A stretch of 63,997 bases of DNA, counting the filler, from Ionaspis alba (taxonomy: Eukaryota): assembly GCA_964255285.1 (NCBI GenBank). It is 3 parts of 3 records of this genome, joined end to end, with 100 filler letters (N's around TTAATTAATTAA, not from the genome) between each part and the next. Parts side by side here need not be neighbours in the genome. Positions count along the whole stretch, not along the records: positions 43,001 to 63,997 come from CAXUUL010000232.1; 2 more parts are not named here. One strand, given 5' to 3'. The position numbers and the translations under genes are program-made. Positions within the stretch are counted from its first letter, which is position 1. Each line of letters starts with the position of its first letter. Below are positions 49,376-60,460 of this stretch, piece after piece. Below the pieces are notes generated by a model, which worked only from the letters and a program-made list of their open reading frames with translations, did not search any database and had not been told where the DNA came from.

Positions 49376-51059
49376 GGAATGCAATACGGGGCTTTAAAAT
49401 TCTAGTGACGAAGGGTGATGGCGAAATTTGTGCTTTTTCCTGCTGGGATGACCTGGCCTTTATACCTGTTATAAAGGGTGTACTCGTAATGCTTTTCTTT
49501 GAAGTTGATGCACTTTGCGCTGCAAGACAAAAGCGATGTCGAGATCTCGGCGGAGTGTACTGCATAGATGCTTCTAGGATGGGTCAATCGACTGCGCAGG
49601 CAGAGGGCCTACCCTAGCTAGTTGTTGCATGCCATTCCATCTTAAATACCTACGGTGCTTGCTGAAACCCTGCCATGATTCTTTGTAGCCGTTCTCTCGA
49701 GTCTCTGGAGAACATGGATTAAGGTGAGATGGCTAGATGGCTGAAGAATTCCATTCAATGTTCGCTTCTTACAGAGGCTGATTTCGTTCAGTGGCCCGCT
49801 GACGTAAACGACACAACTGATATCGGGTGCTAGTTGCTTTGTAAACCTATTGCGACCCACGCCATTTTGCTCCGATGCCCTTCCAATCTCCAAAAGTTTG
49901 AGCTCTTTCCCAAACACATTGATGCAGCTATCTCACGAAGGAATGCCCGAATCGCATTTCTTTCACCTCTCCGGAATCCAAGATATGCCAAATCCCGATT
50001 TCAAGCACTTTTTTTTCTCGACTTTTCTCGTCCTGCTGGCGGCAGCAGCAGCCGCGCGAGAGCCCTATTTCCTCCCTTGAGGTGCCGTCAACCCCAGATA
50101 CTCGCCATTCTCCAATAACGTCGCAGATCGGGAGGCTCACTCATGCTGCCGCAATGAGGAAGTCTGATTTTCTAACGAGCTTCGCCCAAGTTGCTTCAAA
50201 GGCGACTGTACTGACCGAGAATGGTAGAGCGGTGCCCAACCAAAAGCATTTATAGTAAGTAAAACGATGATGACGTGCAAACTGCATTTGCATTCCTATG
50301 TTGCTTGTTCCTCTAGATGGTCCACGCATGTCAGCGAACATGTTATATGGAATTGGTTACTCCCCGTTCTAGAGAGAACTTCATTGGAGCAAGTACTCGC
50401 TTGGTCAACGCGTAGTGTGCTGCCATTTTACTTGCTTCTGCACAAGCGATGGTGGAGAACGACGAGCAAGGGACATTCTAGGCAACGGAAATAGGATGTA
50501 TAATTGACTTGGAATGAGTAGAATAGTACAACATGAACTCCGCTCAGTTAGCAGCACTTCTAAAAGCCAACTATAGGAGTCATGTGGATGTAACATGACC
50601 TCCCGTTCACGTGGTATTGATTTCGTCGTCCCCAGTAGCGCCGGCTTGGCCCTTTATTAGATCTGACTCTAGTAGAGTTCTCGAGTCCTGCGGCCCGAGG
50701 CCTGACACCAATCACACTTCATAGAGTCAGCATTTGTCATAGAATTGTATCTCAGATAGACTGACTATAGATGCCGTTGCGCCCTCATTGTGTTTCATGC
50801 AATATTCGCTACCACAAGACTTGCATGTTTTCATCAATGCTGCATTGCATTCGTGACACTGGGCTTCGTCAGTATCGTGGGTGTGCAGACCTTTCCTAGA
50901 TCCGTTTTCGAAGTATCATACCCGTCGTCCACATCCAATGCAATCACGCTGTATTCGTCAACCATACGATCAGCTTCTGCTCTTGGGCCATCTTGTATGT
51001 TCTGGACAGTTCAGGACCTGTGGAACGCTTCACGCATACATTTTGTCTCCATGCATGGT

Positions 51060-52391
51060 TCAGCCCCACATGCCGCCGCTTCCAGCTCCATTGTACATGT
51101 CTTGAACCAGGCAATCTTCAACGCAAAGACCAAGATGTACCTTAATTCCCATTCGCATCCCACTAGTCCCTTTGTTTGCAATCTTGTCAATCTCGTCGAC
51201 TTTTTCGAAAACGCCAGAATCCTCAATGGGATAGCACGATTCACACCAGAACCGGTTACAGCCTTCACACCATCGATCAACCAGGCAAGAAGTACATCTT
51301 GCTACGAACAAAGAATTTGGGGGTGATGAAGCATCAGATGGAGGCCGCCGAGCCGTAGAAGTCGTAGATGAATGTAACGGAGGCGGTGCAAGTAATGGGA
51401 CCTGTTCAAAATAATCGCCCTGCCTACAGCCAGGCCCTTCTGGAGTCGAGTGGCACACCTCACAGCCTTTAGGGCCGAGTGCAACTGTTGCGATGTGCGG
51501 TTCTAGAAATGCAAAGGATTGGCTCCCTGAAACGTCGGGACCCATTCCACGTTCCAGAATCTTGGGATCGTGTCTAGGGCCTCTGCAAAGCACTGCGTCA
51601 AATGCTATGATACCTTCGCAGGCACGTACGCAAGATGACCATTGACTTAGATGGGAGCGGGTTGGAATCACGGTCCCCGAAGCCTGATACCAAGGGTCGA
51701 CATCCTGTCCGGTGGCCGACAGTAAGGCTTGCTGCGAACGCTGGTTCCATTGCATGCCAATCTGTGCGCCGATAGATGTTGTTACGCCGCTGTTAGAGGC
51801 AAGCATAGAGTCCGGGGAGGTGGGGTAAACGCTTCTCAGGACCTTCACTGTCCCGAAAAGATATATGCCTTTGACTCGAGGAGTTCCTTTTGGTCTGCTT
51901 GGTCTGACGGCATATCGCAAGACCTGCATTAATTTTTTCTCGTTCAGATTTTTGACATTGAGAATCGAAAGAATCTTGACACTAAAAGCTTCATCGCAAA
52001 TAATGTCTCGAAGGACTTCAGTGGGTACTGAAAGCCCATCGAGTATTAGTGTTTGCACATCCTGTAGCACACCCTTCTTCATAAGTGATGAGAAGATTCC
52101 GCGCAGAGGACCACAATAAAAATCTTCCTCTGTTACTGCCTCATCCATGCGCTCACTCCTCCATACTTCGCCTCCTGCATCGATTGGTTCGAATTTGACT
52201 ACACCGCCTTTGGCTGTGGAAAGATCCAGGTAGCGGAACACAAGCGGTGTGTTGTAGATGAGATCGCGAAACGATTTAGAGGTAGCCCCTAATTTCAGTA
52301 AGGTCGAGACTGATAGATACGGGCTGGTTTGATAGAGAATGAGAGTGTTGGTCAGAAGCTCTAGCAGCGATCGGCGCAGTGGTTGAACCAT
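51060..52391 (-). CDS. Conserved fungal protein with F-box-like N-terminus and Cys-rich C-terminus
   Basis: 443-aa ORF. LLELLTN...PYLSVSTLLKLGATSKSFRDLI...FRYLDLS is F-box-like, followed by LRR-like TLILDGL, several CxxC pairs and a GSGGMWG end. Confidence 0.75.
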   Translation of the reverse strand: MVQPLRRSLLELLTNTLILYQTSPYLSVSTLLKLGATSKSFRDLIYNTPLVFRYLDLSTAKGGVVKFEPIDAGGEVWRSERMDEAVTEEDFYCGPLRGIFSSLMKKGVLQDVQTLILDGLSVPTEVLRDIICDEAFSVKILSILNVKNLNEKKLMQVLRYAVRPSRPKGTPRVKGIYLFGTVKVLRSVYPTSPDSMLASNSGVTTSIGAQIGMQWNQRSQQALLSATGQDVDPWYQASGTVIPTRSHLSQWSSCVRACEGIIAFDAVLCRGPRHDPKILERGMGPDVSGSQSFAFLEPHIATVALGPKGCEVCHSTPEGPGCRQGDYFEQVPLLAPPPLHSSTTSTARRPPSDASSPPNSLFVARCTSCLVDRWCEGCNRFWCESCYPIEDSGVFEKVDEIDKIANKGTSGMRMGIKVHLGLCVEDCLVQDMYNGAGSGGMWG

Positions 52392-52755
52392 CCTGATGCC
52401 GTATACAAAGCCCTATCCACCAGTTGGAAGGAGCGAAGGTATTCCACAGCAATAGCTAGATGGCTCACCTTAAGCGAACAATCCTGTGCTAGGGTTCGTG
52501 TAACCAATACTTATCTTCAAACGCCGCCACAAGCGTGAAGCCTCCAGGAACGCGGTAAGTACCTTAAGGCGCCGATACATAATCGCCAAGCTCAGAATAA
52601 CCGACAAGCGCGGTGATGACAAAACGACGGTTTATAAATGGTAGTTTCGAGAAGATGCCTTCCCAAAAGCTGGCAAGAATCGATCTGTGGGCTCTGTTAC
52701 TGAAAAATCATGATCATCGTAAAGCTTTCCTCACCAACTCTTTCCTGCGTCCACC

Positions 52756-55050
52756 ATGACGACTCCCAATTTGGGTCCGCTTCGTTGGACTGCCCAGCTC
52801 GATGTTATTCCATCACATTTGTCCCTGAAGCTTCTAGGAGATAAGATCACACTTCCCCAGTCAGCCCTCGAGCAATTGCTACAGGCTGCCACGGTGACTG
52901 TTGCATCTAATGAACCACAGCGAGGCTACACCAGCACTTTCGACCCATTCAACCCATACTCATTCGAGCCAGAGCGACACGCAAGAGCTCAGGTCTTCGA
53001 AAGGCAACAACACTTACCTCATCCCTTGACATTTCGTCTAGTAAATCCAGCGAGCGGCAATGTCGCATATGCCGGGATCAGAGAATTCTCTGCGCAAGAG
53101 GGTCAGGTCGGAATCAGCCCCTTTCTGCGAGAAGCACTCGGACTTGAGGATATAATCCGCAAGAAGAATGAAGACATCTCTGATGAGCACAAGCCCACTG
53201 TTAAATTGACAGTTCATGTTTGTCAGCTAGCAAAGGGTACCTTTGTTCGTTTTAGACCTCTGGAAGCTGGATATGATCCTCAAGACTGGAAATCATTGTT
53301 GGAACGCCACATGAGAGATACCTTCACCACGTTAACGAAGAATGAAATACTGAACATCCCAGATGGTCAGAAATCCTATCGGTTTTTGATCGACAAGCTA
53401 GCCCCAGAGAATGATGCGATATGCATCATTGATACGGACTTGGAGGTTGAAATAGAACCTTTAAACGAAGAGCAAGCCCGAGAGAGTCTGAAGAGGAAGA
53501 CAGCAAAAGCCCAAAGTTCCCAAGGAATTCCCAATGCAAGCTCGTTAGGGGGCGAACTACATATCGGAAAACCACAAGCTGGTCAAGTCTTGCGAAGTGA
53601 ATACGTGGATTACAGCCTGAAATCATGGGATCGGTCAAAACCCTTGGAAGTGGAGCTTGTTGATACAGAGTCGAGTGGTATGTTAGATCTCTATGTCAAT
53701 CTGTTAACAGCGACTCAACAAGCAAAACCCAGAGAAGATGAGTATGTCTTCGCCGACACTTCGGGCAGACCTCTCAAAAGAGTGCGTATCCACCCTAGTA
53801 ACACTGGGATTGAGATTGCCGAAGCGGCTTACATCTCTGTTCACGGGTACTGCGCTGGATCATCGACTACAGATTCTTCTACCCCGTTGTCATTCTCAAT
53901 TCAGATTTCTTGTACTGATTCCCATGATTCCGGAAACGCCGGCAAATCGAAGCCGACTCAGGAACCACTGTCAAGCCTTGGGGACATACGATGCAACAAT
54001 TGTCGTCAGTGGGTTCCCGAAAGGACGATGATGCTACATGAGAGCTTCTGCTTTCGGAACAATATACTCTGTCCTCAATGTGATGAGGTATTCAAGAAAG
54101 CATCCGTAGAATGGACGGACCACTGGCACTGTCCCCACGACAATTCTCATGGCAACAGTCCCGCTAGCAGGCACAAACACGATAAACTTCTTCATACAGC
54201 GAAAATTTGCACGAGGTGTGGATACGAAGCAAACAATACTCCTGATCTTGCCCATCACAGGACTACAGTCTGCCCAGGAAAGCTGATCTTGTGCCGATTC
54301 TGTCACCTTTTGGTTCCTCAACAAGGACCGGACGATCCAAGTCCGACTGACCCAGAAGTCGTGTTTTCTACTTTAACTCCTCATGAGCTCGTCGACGGTG
54401 CCAGAACAACAGAATGTCATGTCTGTGGCAAGATTATCAGGCTCCGCGATATGTCGACGCACCTGAAGCACCACGATCTTGAACGCTTAGCGCGGTCACC
54501 CCCCCGGTTGTGTAGAAACGTCAATTGCGGCCGAACACTCGACGGTGTAGGTTCGAAAGGGGAGATCAAAAAGGCCAGGTCTAGTACCAACGATATCGGA
54601 CTTTGCGGTACTTGCTATGGACCCCTCTACAACTCGGCATACGACCCAGAGGCCAAGGCACTGACCAAACGACTCGAGAGACGCTATATCTCTCAAATAG
54701 TGTCAGGTTGCGGCAGGGACTGGTGCAGGAACGAGTATTGTAAGACTGGACGAAAACACGTCATGCAGTCGAACGAGACCATTTCAATGAAAGATGCAAT
54801 GGCCATGGCTAAGCCGATCCTCACTCATCTTATGGATCTCACTCGTCCTCTTCATCTCTGTACGGATGAGGCCAGCCAGACAAGGAGGCTTTTGGCGGAG
54901 ATGATCTCCTCTAGAGGAGAAGAGCAGGGATATGACCTTACTTGGACAGTTATTGCGATGGAAGCAGAGTCTGGGGATCTAGAAAAGGCTCAAGCTTGGT
55001 TGAGAACTTGGGCACCTACAAGGGCGGAGACCGCCCAACGAGAATCGTAG
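52756..55050 (+). CDS. UFD1-domain paralogue with TRAF/XAF1-type zinc fingers and an AZUL-like domain
   Basis: 764-aa ORF. GDKITLPQSAL, AGIREFSAQEG and IIDTDLEVEI (UFD1 fold), multiple CxxC..HxxxC fingers, and RYISQIVSGCGRDWCRNEYC (UBE3A AZUL-like). Confidence 0.85.
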   Translation: MTTPNLGPLRWTAQLDVIPSHLSLKLLGDKITLPQSALEQLLQAATVTVASNEPQRGYTSTFDPFNPYSFEPERHARAQVFERQQHLPHPLTFRLVNPASGNVAYAGIREFSAQEGQVGISPFLREALGLEDIIRKKNEDISDEHKPTVKLTVHVCQLAKGTFVRFRPLEAGYDPQDWKSLLERHMRDTFTTLTKNEILNIPDGQKSYRFLIDKLAPENDAICIIDTDLEVEIEPLNEEQARESLKRKTAKAQSSQGIPNASSLGGELHIGKPQAGQVLRSEYVDYSLKSWDRSKPLEVELVDTESSGMLDLYVNLLTATQQAKPREDEYVFADTSGRPLKRVRIHPSNTGIEIAEAAYISVHGYCAGSSTTDSSTPLSFSIQISCTDSHDSGNAGKSKPTQEPLSSLGDIRCNNCRQWVPERTMMLHESFCFRNNILCPQCDEVFKKASVEWTDHWHCPHDNSHGNSPASRHKHDKLLHTAKICTRCGYEANNTPDLAHHRTTVCPGKLILCRFCHLLVPQQGPDDPSPTDPEVVFSTLTPHELVDGARTTECHVCGKIIRLRDMSTHLKHHDLERLARSPPRLCRNVNCGRTLDGVGSKGEIKKARSSTNDIGLCGTCYGPLYNSAYDPEAKALTKRLERRYISQIVSGCGRDWCRNEYCKTGRKHVMQSNETISMKDAMAMAKPILTHLMDLTRPLHLCTDEASQTRRLLAEMISSRGEEQGYDLTWTVIAMEAESGDLEKAQAWLRTWAPTRAETAQRES

Positions 55051-55198
55051 AGCGTTTGTGGGCTGTCATTAGTCTTCATGGAATCCTAGCATTTAATGTT
55101 CAACGACGCCTGATGTGATTTCGATGAAGAATGAGACCTACGATTTTGGTAGCCTCTCGCGATATTGATAATCTGTGATCTAAGCTCCTCCTTATCTA

Positions 55199-56291
55199 TC
55201 AGCTTTTCACCCCGCTGCCCGTCCTTGCTATGAAGTTTCCACTACCTCTGCTCGAAAAGATCCCCATGAGTCCAAATCCAAAGTAGAAGAGCATCAACGG
55301 GTATGCGACCAAAGGTCTCATACTTTTCATCCTGCCTACTGCACAAAACATGCCGCTACTGCTATAAGTACACCATGCCACGGCCGCACTGGTCAGAACA
55401 TAACCCACGGCTGTATCCATCGGAAGCGCAACCCCTACGAAGCTTATCAGCACAAGTGGCAGGAGACAGTATCCCAATACGCTCGTGCTTCGTAAGAGCG
55501 TCAACGTGCCCGCCGGCTCCCCTGGTCCATTCTCATGCATGCTATGGCCCATCACCATTCCCGGAGATGTCATAGAAGGATGCAAGGCATCGAGGACAGG
55601 GTTCGACATGAGAGCGAAGATGTGATGGAGGGAGATTGCGCCGATGAGGGCGAGACCGTAGATATAGCCAAAATGTACCTTACCACTGAAGAGCAGGAAG
55701 GTACCGAAAAGGAGGAAGAAGAGGATGGGACCGAACAGGTCGGAGTCATCCATAATGTGCTGGTCGATGCGCGCCATGGGATTAAGAACTGTGAGGGTCT
55801 GGACGAATTTTAGCCAACGCGTCTGTGATACTCCGCTACTAATGATAATCTTCCACCCAGCACCCTGAATGCGAGAAGGGCACAAAACCCTCCTTGCCAT
55901 GCTCGTAGCTCCAGACAGAAATGCTGACCTTTCCCTTTATATGGCCAAAATTCACCCCCAGCTCCTCTAGAAGCGGTGGCTCCCCATCATAGCCCTCCGT
56001 GCCAAATGCTGCCAACCATCCCGTTCTTAGACCACCATGCTCGCCCATTCTTCCACTAACGCCCTGACTTGACTGTCCAAAATTCGGGGAGGACATGAAG
56101 CCGGTAGGTGCGCCATAGCTCGAGTATGCCGGATTACTTTGTTGTTGCAAGCCTCCACTGTAAGTTGATCCATAACCAGCTTGGGCTGGAGTAGAATGAC
56201 CGGAGACTGGGGCACCGTAGGAAGAAGGATAGAATTGTAGATTTTGTGCGGAGTAGCCAGGTTGCTGTTGTGGAGGGTAGAATTGGGCCAT
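55199..56291 (-). CDS. YIP1: Golgi/ER membrane trafficking protein Yip1 (YIPF5/7)
   Basis: EPPLLEELGVNF, DLFGPILF, HFGYIYG, SVLGYCLLP and LVAYP motifs. Intron 55799-55928. Confidence 0.95.
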
Positions 56292-56794
56292 TGTGGGCCG
56301 AGTGAGGGTGGTTTTGCTCACGGATGAAGAGAAGGGATTGCCTCCGGCTCTAAAATGCTGAGATAGCTCCTAGAATCTCGATTTATAGATTTTTGGAACG
56401 AGCGTACTGTCAGGGGTGGTTGCTGTGTTGTCTATCTGTGATAATGGTTGCAGAGCTATCTGATCATCCAAAACTTCAGAAGGGGGCGACGTGGTCATGG
56501 GAGTAGGCAACCACCATCACCTGCAACACGCGCAAAGGACTCTATTCTACAAGCTATAGATTCATTTCTATTGGGCTCACATCTGAACGATTTCCAGTGT
56601 TTCTACTTCCTTCCAGAGATTAGTTTATGAGACAAGGGAAGACCCAACGGGGACAATAAATCACTGTCCGGTGCTGAAATTGACCCCATACACTCTTGAT
56701 GCTCTATATAGGGTATCTCAGGAGTTCCTTAAACTACAGCAAACCACATATACCCGAACACCTTCAACGCAGCCCATCACACGAGATGGCGTTG

Positions 56795-57746
56795 CTAAGA
56801 TGAAGAATTCTCGCCCAAAAGCCTAGCCAGTAGCACATATGCAATCACAAGCAATCCTCCCACCATGAACTTATTCCTTCGTATCCAGCTTTGTCCGGCA
56901 TCTCTAGCGGCTTGACCTCCCCCAACAACTGCGCCTAAGCCGCCAGTACTTCCACCTAGTCGTCGCCTTAAGGCCGCAGCCTCTGGAGAGCAAGGACTTG
57001 AGGCCGGCGCATCCGGATCTGGGACCAGATTACCAGTCACCAGATCGACTCGATCCTCTTTCATGTATTTCCAGTTCTCCTCGTCAATTTCAGGCCACTC
57101 CGCCTTGAACTTGACACCTCCGTCTCCAGCCTTGATAGCCCCAATTCCCTTTGTAGAAGCATTCAAACCTGGGACAGTCTTATTGCTAGTGCCACCACCC
57201 GTAGAGTTCCACCAGCGGGTTCGCCCCGCAGCCCACCTTCTTTCCGCATCTGTCGCGTGCACACTGCCAGTAGTCATTTCGTCGCTGGTCATGAAGGACA
57301 TGAGTCCGATCAGAATGGTTGAGACTTCCCAGGCCGGATTAAAAGATTTAGGATGAAAGTCTGAGATGCTGAGGCACAGGCGTGTCGATGGTTGAAATCG
57401 TCCGGAAGGAGTGTGCATGCGGATTGCTGGTGGCGCGAAGGGATAATCAGGCGGAAACATGAGTGTTCCCCAATACTGACCGCCTTCATATGGCGTCTTA
57501 GGAGGTCCAGTCAGAATGTAATGCCATCTATTCATACAATTAGCTTAGGCTTGCAGTCAGCCTGGTTGGTTGCTCACTCTAGGATATTTGTTTCTGAGGG
57601 ATGAGCAATGATGTAAGGCGGTGGGTTCTCAGATATAGTCTTGTATTCTCGAGTGAGCTGCTATCGTGTCAGTATGATGGATCACTTTGCAAAGAACAAG
57701 GCAAGAAGAAGCTCCATACCCGTTTATTCGCCGCTCGAGTCGCCAT
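56795..57746 (-). CDS. UBC6: ER tail-anchored E2 ubiquitin-conjugating enzyme Ubc6
   Basis: MATRAANKRLTREY, TPYEGGQY, TPSGRF, RLCLSISDFHP and a C-terminal TM helix. Introns 57658-57719 and 57528-57577. Confidence 0.95.
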
Positions 57747-57995
57747 GCTCGGGTGTGGCAGATAGAGATAATCAGGGTTTTGGGTTAGCCAGGCCTTTCG
57801 ACGATTATCGTCGGCTCAATCTTCAGGGATTCTTTGAGAGATAGGTGTGTTTAGGAATTTGTCAAGCACGGTATTAGAATAAGAAGCATGGTGATTGTCC
57901 TCAAGTAATGGCGTAGGGCTGCCGCAAGCGCTAGTCAATATCGGTGCTCCAAAGCTCGAGTTCCGTCCGTGTGACTGTTCACACGACGAGCTTCG

Positions 57996-59744
57996 ATGGC
58001 CTCGCCTTCAGATACGGAAGACAATGTGAGTAGTGTCTAACAATTCAGTATCCCTTGCCTTCCTAGAACGGTTCCAATAATTGACCTCTTACGACCCCAG
58101 ATCTTCGAGAACCTGCAGAAGCGCATCGATCCAAAGCTTCAGGAGGAAAAAGCCAGAGCTGCCAACGAAAGAGATCGCGGTCAGTATGAAAAGGCTCAGA
58201 AGAGACTAGGAGACCTGGTACGAGGCTGTCCCTGAGCCATCCATACGAATACTTCTTTTGCGGCACTGTAATGCTCACAATTTGTCTAGATCAACACTAA
58301 CTCGACTCTCCCTTGTACCATCTCCTCTATTCGTATTCTCAACGCGAACAACACACGCAGAAACTTCATCGCTCGGATATTTGATCCCATACTCAGTGTC
58401 AACCAAGATCGGCCGTATACCTTAGCGGAAGCTGTACGGGAAGTATCGATAGGTGCCGACAAACTACATAAACTTGGTAGGAGCGCCTTATCTGTACGTT
58501 GCGTCGATCATGTGCTGACACTCGGTACAGATATATTTCATGACCCTATATCACTCTTCATAGATCGACCCTCGAAAACGGACCCGACTTCAACGCCCAC
58601 TGACATCGATGTCTATCTCTCCGTAAAGGAAAAATCTAGAATCTTGCTAAAGACCGGCACAGATGTTGGTAATGCTGAGGGCTCCGCATACGGAAACCTT
58701 TTACTCCGGAACATCTTTGGGGGAGCAGAGACACTGAGTCTCAATGCTTCACTTGGGACGAGAACACGATCGGCCTACCAAGGGAGCTTCGAAGCTCCAA
58801 TTCTCAGCAACCCAGACTTACGATGGGAGTTAGGTGGGTTAGCGAGCACGACACAGAAGACCTGGGCAAGTCACGAAGAAGTGCTGAAAGGAGGATGGGC
58901 GAAACTGCGGTGGATGGCTGCCAGCGGGAGCAAGCACGAGCTCAGTTACAGTGGTGTTTGGAGAGAAATCACGGGACTGGCTGCGAACGCATCGCCCTCC
59001 GTTCGAGCAGATACTGGAGACAGTGTGAAAAGCAGTGTTAGTCACACATGGATCAATGATCGTAGAGACAACCCATTACTTCCCCAACGAGGTTACTACA
59101 CCAAAACCTCCTCTGAGGTTGCTGGTTTTGGACCGTTACAAGGTGATGTGGCCTTTTGGAAGTCCGAGCTAGAGACTCAGGGTGTTGTTCCAATTCCGAT
59201 ACCAGGTGTGGAAGGAGAGAGTGGTGTCATATTTTCTACTGGCCTCCGCGCAGGGCTTTTGTACCCTCTCAGCCTTGGGACAGAGTCAGAGCCTCAACCA
59301 TCGCGGCTGAATGATCGTTTCCAACTCGGAGGACCGACCGATGTCCGAGGATTTCGGTTGTCCGGGCTGGGACCGAGAGACGGCACAGACGCTGTTGGCG
59401 GCGACATCTATGCAGCTGGGAGTGCCAATTTACTCTTACCCCTTCCAAATGTTGGTGCCAACCGGCCTTTCCGGATACAAGCTTTTGTTAACGGCGGCAG
59501 ACTCGTTGCACTGAAGGGACCAGAGAATGAGGGCGGGAATGACAACACTGCTGTGCAGAAACAAGTTTATTCCAGTTTCGCTGAACTGGGAAATGGCTTG
59601 CCGAGCGTGGCTGCGGGACTAGGGCTGGTATATGCTCATCCAGTGGCAAGGTTCGAATTGAACTTTTCATTGCCTTTGTTCCTGCGGAAAGGGGAGGAAG
59701 GTAGAAAAGGCCTTCAGTTTGGAATTGGCATAAACATGCTTTAG
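57996..59744 (+). CDS. SAM50: Mitochondrial outer-membrane beta-barrel insertase Sam50/Tob55 (Omp85 family)
   Basis: KTGTDVGNAEG, LRNIFGGAE, DRFQLGGPTDVRGF, ARFELNF and LQFGIG beta-signal motifs. Introns 58026-58100, 58218-58289 and 58477-58530. Confidence 0.94.
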
Positions 59745-60460
59745 CTGTTGGCGTTGTTAACTATAAAAATGTATATATGGTACTACTGCGCTGGTCATTC
59801 ACTAGAGCATCTGCCTCGGTCGTGCAATCCAATTTTCTACGATAACAGCAAGCTTTGTGAACAGTGCTAGCTCTGATCAGGGTTGTGATTCCACAGAGGC
59901 ATGTTTTCTGTCTTAGAAAAGTTGTGGAGTTGCAGCCTTGCCACTCAACAACATCCTTTGTCGAAGATCCGGCGAAAGCGCACAAGGCAGGCTATAACAA
60001 AGATGATCCTCTGAGCCTCGAGATAAGGCAGCCAATCAGCATTTTCCACAAAGTGCTTGTACACGGCATCAAGTTCTCCTTGTTCGCAGGTCTAGAGACA
60101 CAGACGCATAATAAAGGCATTGCTACTTCTGGCGTTATACGGCCAGAAGGTCATTTGGAGGACGACAATAGGTATGCACTCTGACAACATGCTAGCTTCT
60201 CTCAATTGTCCGGTGTTTTACCCTTCCAACAATGACCTGGTCAGGCGTCTAGTTGTGGGAATGTCAACTTCAAGTCCCTCTTCGACGACACTCTCTTCGG
60301 TGGATCTTATTATGCTTCACGGAAAGACCCATTCATCAGCGACAAGTCGTACTGGCTGTCCCATTTCCCGGTCTGCTTATTTCCCTCTCTCTCTAACCGC
60401 CGAAGAATATCCCAGCCCTCCTCCCGTGGCCCCGCTGTCCTAAACCTGAAATGCAGATAT

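Noticed and set aside
50664..50730. 9-bp inverted repeat CTGACTCTA/TAGAGTCAG, and a hairpin at 60126-60149
   Set aside because: Too short, with no TSD or ncRNA boxes; expected by chance.
2664..57746. Window-wide ubiquitin/Cdc48 gene cluster (SVIP-like, UBTD, SUMO, F-box-like, UFD1-like, UBC6)
   Set aside because: The genes are scattered among unrelated genes and across artificial joins, and this functional class is large enough for chance co-occurrence.
59745..60460. ORFs between SAM50 and GPR89
   Set aside because: Non-ATG starts, no motifs, and they lie in convergent 3'UTR space.
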